This document shows, piece after piece, positions 19,865 to 26,164 of a stretch of 50,291 nt of DNA. Within the stretch, counting starts at the first letter, position 1; every line of letters starts with the position of its first letter. The notes under the pieces were generated by a model. That model was not told where the DNA came from, searched no databases, and worked only from the letters and a program-made list of their open reading frames with translations. The translations under genes and the position numbers were made by a program. Source of the stretch: a virus (taxonomy: Duplodnaviria > Caudoviricetes); IMG/VR virus record IMGVR_UViG_3300003877_000002, positions 1-50,291 of that record; one strand, 5' to 3'.

Positions 19865-20215
19865 TTATTTATCGTGTAGGTCTTTTATATGATCTTCCAT
19901 ATTTTTCTTACCAGTACGTACAATAGATCGAGCCGTACGTAAAGCAAAGAAGATTGTTAATGCTACAATTGAGATAGGCCAGAAGGCTGCTGCGATCACA
20001 CCAAGAAGAACACCAAAAATAATAATACCAAACCAAGTATCACACTCGTCAGTACCAAAGAAGTTTATTTGGTAGCCCCACCTTTTCTTACTCGTATCAT
20101 AGCTATCGTTATCAAACACATACCCACCAGCATTGATACCAATATCATGTATAAGTACGGCAAGAATAACAAAAATAATAGAACAATAAAAACCAATACC
20201 AATATATTCATACAT
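19865..20215 (-). CDS. membrane protein
   Basis: 2-3 hydrophobic segments; AGGAG RBS. Confidence 0.75.
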   Translation of the reverse strand: MYEYIGIGFYCSIIFVILAVLIHDIGINAGGYVFDNDSYDTSKKRWGYQINFFGTDECDTWFGIIIFGVLLGVIAAAFWPISIVALTIFFALRTARSIVRTGKKNMEDHIKDLHDK

Positions 20216-20325
20216 TTTAAATCTCCTAAAAAGTTAAAAAGAATCGCCATCCTTGGCCTGCGCATTGTCTTAACAGGGTCTACACTTTGCTGTCCCTACT
20301 TACTAGCCAGCATGGCGGTAGGCAA

Positions 20326-20622
20326 CTACCCTACTTGAGGTAGATTATTAAGCACTTGTTTAATGGCATCCTTGTGGTAGGACTTTTCATCCAACTTCTT
20401 TTTGAAGCGTCCATTTATTTCCCACAAAATACCAGCACTAATCTTATTAAAGACCTTATCAGCCTGTGCCTTGTTAGGTGTCATTTCTACAGTAGTATCG
20501 CAGCTTGTTATTTCGTAGATCTTTTGCTTACGTTTACGTGCAAAGCTAATGAGTTTAGCATCGCTACCAATACTACGAGCTAGGGTATCGAGTAGGGGTG
20601 TACTTTTCTTAAGTTCTTTCAT
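20326..20622 (-). CDS. hypothetical early protein
   Basis: GGAG RBS, 98 aa. Confidence 0.7.
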   Translation of the reverse strand: MKELKKSTPLLDTLARSIGSDAKLISFARKRKQKIYEITSCDTTVEMTPNKAQADKVFNKISAGILWEINGRFKKKLDEKSYHKDAIKQVLNNLPQVG

Positions 20623-20762
20623 ATAGTTGTCTCCAATTTAATTATCTCCGGGTGAGTTAAATAATATTCAGTATCTTTTTCTTGGCACTGGCTTAGGTTT
20701 GCACCTCCTCCACAGGCTTGCAGAGCCAGCGCACTTGTTGATAGTAATATTGTTACGGGCAT
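20619..20762 (-). CDS. possible small lipoprotein-like protein
   Basis: MPVTILLSTSALALQAC resembles a lipobox; start uncertain. Confidence 0.3.
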   Translation of the reverse strand: MPVTILLSTSALALQACGGGANLSQCQEKDTEYYLTHPEIIKLETTI

Positions 20763-20805
20763 AGCTATGACCAGTTGTAACCTGAAGGGTTGACTAATCA
20801 ACTGA

Positions 20806-21099
20806 CTAGCCCTCTCCATCATACAATTTAGAATAATCTTTATCAATAAGCCAGAGATAACATCCATCATTATCTGGATTATGTGGTTTTAACTTAGTAT
20901 ATTGCTCTACTGTAATATTAGAATGACTGGTAATAATAAACTTAGAATTATATTTTATAATATCATCTGTTTCAAGATTTCTCAACATAAAAGACGTTAG
21001 GGGTTCTGATATAACTAAATTATATTTGATTGTCTTACACATATATGGAGTGTATTCACAACAAACCATTTTATATTGTTTATTCATTGTCATCACCAT
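20806..21099 (-). CDS. hypothetical early protein
   Basis: 97-aa ORF. Confidence 0.6.
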   Translation of the reverse strand: MVMTMNKQYKMVCCEYTPYMCKTIKYNLVISEPLTSFMLRNLETDDIIKYNSKFIITSHSNITVEQYTKLKPHNPDNDGCYLWLIDKDYSKLYDGEG

Positions 21100-21184
21100 C
21101 GTCTACCAATGCAGCGATAATAAAAATAACTAAGACTATTAAAGCGAAGATAACCATAATAAATGGCTCTACATAAATCATCAT
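21080..21184 (-). CDS. 34-aa single-TM peptide (not in ORF track)
   Basis: MMIYVEPFIMVIFALIVLVIFIIAALVDDGDDNE; GGAG RBS. Confidence 0.65.
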   Translation of the reverse strand: MMIYVEPFIMVIFALIVLVIFIIAALVDDGDDNE

Positions 21185-21209
21185 AGTTTAGTCTCCCGCG
21201 CTTCACGCG

Positions 21210-21422
21210 CTATCCTTTGTTTACTTGTTTTACAGGAGTACACTCAAAGAAGTGATTTTTATTTAGCTCCCTAAATTTATCTGTCCTCATTTTAATCTTA
21301 GTTACAAGGTTCATACCTGCGCTGTAGCAGCTTTCATAGTCCTGAAAGCCGGGTACAATATAGAGTGTATCTACATTTGCAGTATGGAATAGTGTTATGA
21401 ATAGGATGAAAGAATAGCTCAC
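21210..21422 (-). CDS. small exported or membrane protein
   Basis: Hydrophobic N-terminus, two Cys. Confidence 0.6.
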   Translation of the reverse strand: MSYSFILFITLFHTANVDTLYIVPGFQDYESCYSAGMNLVTKIKMRTDKFRELNKNHFFECTPVKQVNKG

Positions 21423-21423
21423 T

Positions 21424-21741
21424 TTATTCAGCTTGTGGTTTCATAAAGAAGGGCATATTATCACAGGTAGAACAACAGGATACTGGTTGCATACATTTTG
21501 TACACTTATCTTCAGACATCCTATCTTCTGTGCGTCTAGCCCTTGATGCCATTTCTTTCTTTTTTACCCTGTTGAAGGCTGTTGATAGTAATTCAGCGTC
21601 TAGCTGCTTACGTCGCGGTGAATACCGCTCTAGTAGATTGTCGTTTACTTGTTTCTCCCTTACTTCATCCCAAATAAGGAACATACCAATAATTTCAATT
21701 GAAAGGCAGATTGTTACTACTGAGTATAAGAATGTTAGCAT
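21424..21741 (-). CDS. membrane-anchored early protein with Cys-rich tail
   Basis: N-terminal TM, CTKC..CCSTC; GGAG RBS before the ATG at 21741. Confidence 0.65.
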   Translation of the reverse strand: MLTFLYSVVTICLSIEIIGMFLIWDEVREKQVNDNLLERYSPRRKQLDAELLSTAFNRVKKKEMASRARRTEDRMSEDKCTKCMQPVSCCSTCDNMPFFMKPQAE

Positions 21742-21800
21742 GTTGTTGTATCTCCGGTTGATTAGTTGATTAGTCAATTGATTAGAGTATTAGAATATAC

Positions 21801-22115
21801 TTATATTAAGTTAGCCAGTGAACCCAGCCTTACATCTTTCTTTATAATTTCTTTCTTTCCTCTTTCATAAATAGAGTTTATGTAACGAGTATGTAAGCCC
21901 ATAGCCCTTTCAAGATCGATATTTGCTTGATCTAGTAGTAGTTTAGCAAAGTCTGGATCAGCTAGGGCTTGCTTGATTAGTTTCTGTTCGAGTATTTTCT
22001 CCCGCGCCGCTAGTTTTTGTTGTGCCCTGAAGGGGCTACAGTTGTTCTTTGGTCTATCCAGTGGGCTAACAGATAGGCCATACTTATCAGGCTTAATATA
22101 TGTTTTGTCCAGCAT
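21801..22115 (-). CDS. hypothetical early protein
   Basis: GAGG RBS, 104 aa. Confidence 0.7.
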   Translation of the reverse strand: MLDKTYIKPDKYGLSVSPLDRPKNNCSPFRAQQKLAAREKILEQKLIKQALADPDFAKLLLDQANIDLERAMGLHTRYINSIYERGKKEIIKKDVRLGSLANLI

Positions 22116-22213
22116 TTTAGTTTTACCTCACGCTAATTTTTGTTGATAGTACCCGTGAAGCGGGTACCCTTTGTTCGTGAATTATATTCACTCACTGCAT
22201 AAACTACAGACAT

Positions 22214-22244
22214 AAAAAAAGACAGATAGCTTGCGCTATCCGCC
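22214..22244 (-). terminator. intrinsic terminator
   Basis: GGCGGATAGC-GCAA-GCTATCTGTC followed by T7 on the minus strand. Confidence 0.85.
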
Positions 22245-22295
22245 TAAAGGTTGCCCTGCCAAGTGGGGCAGGGACTTGGGAAGTCATTGGTAATA

Positions 22296-23186
22296 CTACG
22301 CGGCTGCCGCTTCTTTATCTTCTGTCTGGTCTGTCTTATCTTCTGGCTGGTACTTACGTACCTTCTTGATAAGGTTGCCGATTGTCTTCATAGCTTGATC
22401 GACTGTCTTATCATCGGTACAGGTTGATAGTAGTTCAGACAGGCTTGACAGGATAGCTGCATGCTCAGGCATGGATATACCATGCTCAGTAGTATTATCC
22501 CCCTTACCCTCACCATCGCCACCCTCTATATGTGCCCTTTCTTTCTCGGCTTCCAGTTTAGATAGATACAAGGACTGAGTATTCAGTTTAGCTACGCTAT
22601 CCAGTTCACCACGTACAACCTTCTCTTCACCTGTCTCAGGGTGTTTAGTAATGCGCTCATATGTAGCTTGACCAATAAGCTGGGGATTCTCTTTAAAAGC
22701 CTTATTGATACGCGCCTTATATTGTACCCAAGTTTTAGGGGCTGAGCTGTACAGGCCACGTACTTCTTTACTACTGCCCTTAGGTGCTTTGCCCCAGTGC
22801 TTTGATTCTTCCAGTCTGGTACATACTGCATTGAATACCGGGCTAGAGCCGCAAGTAATAGCAAGGGATAGAAAGTGCTTACTGAAATTCATCCTTTCAG
22901 CGTCGAGTTTCATAGCCTTATCATTCTCTGCTACCGCTTCATCCAGTAGCATTTGAGGCGTAATAAGCATGGACTTGCTATTATCTGGATCTTCACGGAA
23001 TGATAGCTGATCGAACTTGATACAGCTTGTTACATCGTTGCCTTCTTCGTCCTGTGTTACTACTTGCAGATCGTTCTGGCCTTCCCCGATACCTTCGTTG
23101 TCTGGGGTAGTCAGAGCTGCATCTGGTACGCTGTCTGAATTGTTGCAACCTGTAGGGTTGATAGTAGTTTGTGTTTGTGTGTTCAT
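22296..23186 (-). CDS. largest early protein, unknown function
   Basis: GGGAG RBS before the ATG at 23186; low-complexity acidic termini. Confidence 0.8.
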   Translation of the reverse strand: MNTQTQTTINPTGCNNSDSVPDAALTTPDNEGIGEGQNDLQVVTQDEEGNDVTSCIKFDQLSFREDPDNSKSMLITPQMLLDEAVAENDKAMKLDAERMNFSKHFLSLAITCGSSPVFNAVCTRLEESKHWGKAPKGSSKEVRGLYSSAPKTWVQYKARINKAFKENPQLIGQATYERITKHPETGEEKVVRGELDSVAKLNTQSLYLSKLEAEKERAHIEGGDGEGKGDNTTEHGISMPEHAAILSSLSELLSTCTDDKTVDQAMKTIGNLIKKVRKYQPEDKTDQTEDKEAAAA

Positions 23187-23294
23187 CTTAATAACTCCCG
23201 CCCCGCTTGGGGCTGATCGGTTGACCAATCAACTCTTCAAGTTGCAAGTGACTGGCTGGTAAATAAAAAAAGTGTAGCTACTACCTATTATAGG

Positions 23295-23516
23295 CTAACT
23301 GGCAGCCTGTACAAGGCTGGTCGATGTAATATCAGGGATAGTCACAGTAACCTGTACTGGTATATAGTTGCTTAGTTCAGTATTACTGTCTGATGGATCA
23401 TGTTTGTTTATTCTATTCACGGCATATTCCATCACTGCTTCTTTAGAATGGAAACAGAACGCACCGATACTATCTGTCTTAGGGTGATAACATACCCAAG
23501 TTGTCTTATTCTTCAT
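23295..23516 (-). CDS. first early gene, hypothetical
   Basis: AAGGA RBS, 73 aa. Confidence 0.65.
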   Translation of the reverse strand: MKNKTTWVCYHPKTDSIGAFCFHSKEAVMEYAVNRINKHDPSDSNTELSNYIPVQVTVTIPDITSTSLVQAAS

Positions 23517-23551
23517 ATCTATATCCTTTTGTATTGATTGAACATGTATAC

Positions 23552-23592
23552 AGCTTAGCAGACTATTACAATAAAAACATGATCTAGATCAA
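23552..23592 (-). promoter_or_regulatory. extended -10 promoter with upstream FNR/ANR-like box
   Basis: TG-C-TAAGCT at 23552-23560; TTGAT-CTAG-ATCAT at 23579-23592, centred near -40.5. Confidence 0.45.
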
Positions 23593-23669
23593 GTACTTGA
23601 TTATCTGATCGATTGACTGATCAAGCGGTCAAAAAGCTGACCTATTACAATGAGCTATATATAAGGTGT

Positions 23670-23698
23670 AGCATACCATATCCCGTACTGTCTGTCAG
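23670..23698 (-). promoter_or_regulatory. sigma70 early promoter
   Basis: CTGACA-N17-TATGCT with extended TG. Confidence 0.75.
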
Positions 23699-23712
23699 TG
23701 TAATACCAGCGA

Positions 23713-23861
23713 TGGCACTGTAATTGAATAGTAAGGGTAAACCCCTATATAGATAGTTATTGCATGACCGGGTGCAGCCAGCACCTAATTAGGCACAAAC
23801 TTTGCACTTGCAATAATGATGCCAAATATCACACCAACTGGTAGCTGGCATAGCCCTTGCA
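23713..23861. promoter_or_regulatory. cluster of sigma54-type -24/-12 boxes
   Basis: Three exact GGCAY-N5-TTGCA boxes (23791 +, 23809-23824 -, 23846 +) and one near match (23713 +). Confidence 0.7.
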
Positions 23862-24032
23862 TGGTAGTGACTACTAACTTGAGAATCTAAATCGAAAGCA
23901 TTCTTATTCAGCCAAAGTCAAGACCCCCCAAGACCAAAGATGAGAACTGGCCAATCGCGATAGGAGCATAAGCTAAACGCAGATACTAAATTTTTCACAT
24001 TTTTATGACTTTGTCATGGCGCTTCACGCCTC

Positions 24033-24052
24033 AGAGAGAGAGAGAGAGAGAG
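24033..24052. repeat. (AG)10 microsatellite
   Basis: Read directly from the sequence. Confidence 0.95.
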
Positions 24053-24232
24053 TTGGTTTAAAATTGCAATCCCACCCTCGGCCCAGAAAATTAATTTTAA
24101 TTCTTCAACAGCGAAGCTCCCTAGAGGGTCGCTGAAAGTAGATAATCTGGGCCTTCGTCCGCTCCCACTGATCATTAGGATAAGAAGTAAAGTAGGGAAA
24201 TTCAGGGATTTAGAAAATATATTGAAAATAAA

Positions 24233-24261
24233 TTGAACTAAATACAAAAAAACTTGTCTAA
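24233..24261 (+). promoter_or_regulatory. ECF (sigmaE/AlgU-like) promoter for late genes
   Basis: TTGAAC-N17-GTCTAA with A-rich upstream tract. Confidence 0.65.
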
Positions 24262-24542
24262 TTTGGTAATTATTTACTTTACTTAGCGATTAAGTGAAAC
24301 TTAGAGCTTTAGTAAACGGAACGAAGAGACAAGTAAAGAGTCTCTTGAACCATTTCAAGAGCGACAAGAATAATGTTTGTAAAGTTAACTTAGTTAAGTT
24401 TACTATTATTCGACTTTACAATTGCTTCTTAGCTTTAAGGCACGAAGCCCTAAAAGCGTAGTGACTGAAAGAAAAGAAGAAAGAAAAGTCTCAGGAAGTT
24501 TATAAACTTCCTTCGACCAAAAGAAAGATAGGAATATAGATC

Positions 24543-25118
24543 TTGCCTAAACAGAGAGTAAATAAGAACTCCCTAGAGGAGTTTGATATTAAAAGTATCT
24601 CTCCTAAAAGAGAGAGTACTATTATGGCAGGTGAAGCTCTGTCTCTTGAGGACAGAGTAACAGCTTGTATGACTTACTTCCTGACAGGGTCTTACACTAA
24701 GACAGCTAAGGCTGTCGGAGCTAGCTACGCTACTATTCTTAAATGGAAGGATATGGAATGGTGGATGCCTACTCTTCTTATCTGTAAGAAGAAGAAGCAA
24801 GAAGAGCTGGATATAGTCCTGACAACTTGTATACATTCTGCCATTGGACAGTTATCTGACAGAATCTCTGAAGGTGATTCTAAGTTAAATAGAGATGGCG
24901 ACCTGATTAAGATACCTATGACAGGTAAGGACTTAGCTTCTAGTATGGCCCTCCTCTTTGATAGGAGAGCCCTGATTAGAGGTGAACCTACCTCTAGAAC
25001 TGAGACTAGTGGAGAACAAGGTAGACTTGACAATCTCCAGAAGCAGTTTGAAGAGATGAGCAAGGCGTTCAACGCAAAGACAATAGAAGGAACAGCAGAA
25101 GTAGTTGAAGTAGAATAA
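24543..25118 (+). CDS. terminase small subunit
   Basis: HTH-like GSYTKTAKAVGASYATILKW, helical body, RGEPTSRTE; first late gene, upstream of TerL. Confidence 0.75.
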   Translation: MPKQRVNKNSLEEFDIKSISPKRESTIMAGEALSLEDRVTACMTYFLTGSYTKTAKAVGASYATILKWKDMEWWMPTLLICKKKKQEELDIVLTTCIHSAIGQLSDRISEGDSKLNRDGDLIKIPMTGKDLASSMALLFDRRALIRGEPTSRTETSGEQGRLDNLQKQFEEMSKAFNAKTIEGTAEVVEVE

Positions 25119-25120
25119 TT

Positions 25121-25196
25121 GCCTCTCGAGCAGAACTGGCCCTGCACCTGTTTTGTAATCAGGAGATACTCAGTTCAAGTCTGAGTAGAGGCTCCA
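25121..25196 (+). tRNA. tRNA-Thr(UGU)
   Basis: 76-nt cloverleaf, loop TT-TGT-AA, TTCAAGT T-loop, encoded CCA; mismatches at 7:66 and 31:39. Confidence 0.85.
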
Positions 25197-25208
25197 AAAC
25201 AATTTCTC

Positions 25209-25273
25209 ATCCTCTGGGAGGAACAGAGTCTCCAAAACTCAGTAGCGGGGTTCGATACCCTGATGGGATGCCA
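25209..25273 (+). tRNA. tRNA-Trp(CCA)-like, D-arm missing
   Basis: GAGT-CTCCAAA-ACTC anticodon arm, CGGGG-TTCGATA-CCCTG T-arm, encoded CCA; only ~9 nt where the D-arm should be. Confidence 0.6.
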
Positions 25274-25283
25274 AATAATTTAT

Positions 25284-25359
25284 CGCTCTTTAGTGTAATT
25301 GATAAGCATAGGGGACTTTGACTCCCCTAGTCTAGGTTTGAGTCCTAGAAGAGCTGCCA
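25284..25359 (+). tRNA. tRNA-Gln(UUG)
   Basis: GGGGA-CTTTGAC-TCCCC anticodon arm, CTAGG/CCTAG T-stem, encoded CCA. Confidence 0.9.
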
Positions 25360-25401
25360 AATAGACTCTCCACGAGAGTTATTTAACCTCGGAAATATAA
25401 T

Positions 25402-25686
25402 ATGCCTAAATTATTAGATAGATGCGTAAAACAACTTATAGCTAATGGCAAGAGTAGATCTGCTGCAACTGCCATATGTACTAAAAGTCTACAAAAGTCT
25501 GGTAATTTGAAAGGAGGCAAGGCCACGGCTAAAGGCAAGAAGAGAGGTAATATGACTCCTGCCGCTAGAGCTAAGGATAGAGCAGCTAAGAAGCGCGGAG
25601 GCAAAGCCTCTAGTTATAAATACAATAAAAAGAATAATACTGCCGTAAAAGGCAAAGTTTCTAAAAGAGTAAAAAAACGTGCCTAA
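25402..25686 (+). CDS. highly basic small protein
   Basis: K/R/A/G-rich, 94 aa. Confidence 0.75.
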   Translation: MPKLLDRCVKQLIANGKSRSAATAICTKSLQKSGNLKGGKATAKGKKRGNMTPAARAKDRAAKKRGGKASSYKYNKKNNTAVKGKVSKRVKKRA

Positions 25687-25966
25687 AGCCAGAAACTATA
25701 AGAAAGAGTATGCCAACTTCCACGGTAAGCCTGCCGAGCGTAAGAAACGCTCTAAGCGCGTGATGGCTCGGCGTAAACTTGAAAAAGAAGGTAAGGTTTC
25801 TAAAGGCGATGGCCGGGATGTTGACCATAAGAAAACCCTTAAATCTGGAGGAAGTAATGCCAGAAGTAATCTAAGAGTTAGGTCTGTAAAAAGTAATCGT
25901 TCTGCTAATGGGCATAAGCCCGGTGAGAAACAAAAGAAATCTACTATAAGGAAAAAGAAAAAATGA
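25679..25966 (+). CDS. small terminase-associated HNH endonuclease
   Basis: DVDHKKTLKSGGSN..SNLRV..KSNRS. Confidence 0.8.
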   Translation: MPKARNYKKEYANFHGKPAERKKRSKRVMARRKLEKEGKVSKGDGRDVDHKKTLKSGGSNARSNLRVRSVKSNRSANGHKPGEKQKKSTIRKKKK

Positions 25967-26139
25967 AAGGTTCCGGTCGAGATAGCGTCCCTGTGGGCGC
26001 GAAAGGTTCTAAAAGAACCAATCCCAAAACTAAAGCAAAGAAGAAAGTTCCTGTAGGAGCAAAAGGTACTAAACGTACCTATGGCAAAGCTACAGAGCGT
26101 AAACGAGTACCTGCTAAAAAAGGTGGTCGAGGCCGCTAG
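25963..26139 (+). CDS. 58-aa highly basic protein (not in ORF track)
   Basis: ATGA overlap; duplicated VPVGAKG(S/T)KRT. Confidence 0.75.
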   Translation: MKGSGRDSVPVGAKGSKRTNPKTKAKKKVPVGAKGTKRTYGKATERKRVPAKKGGRGR

Positions 26140-26164
26140 CCCATGAAGTGGGCTCCCTCAAACC

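Noticed and set aside
20243-20319. c-di-GMP riboswitch or self-cleaving ribozyme
   Set aside because: Only a GGGACAGCAAAG resemblance; the conserved cores are not recognisable
24053-24068. Fifth sigma54 box (TGGTTTAAAATTGCA)
   Set aside because: GG-to-GC spacing is 9, not 10
24014-24247. 77-aa minus-strand ORF
   Set aside because: Runs through the (AG)10 tract and inverted repeats, with no RBS or protein-like features
23517-24542. CRISPR or mini-array in the control region
   Set aside because: No regularly spaced identical repeats
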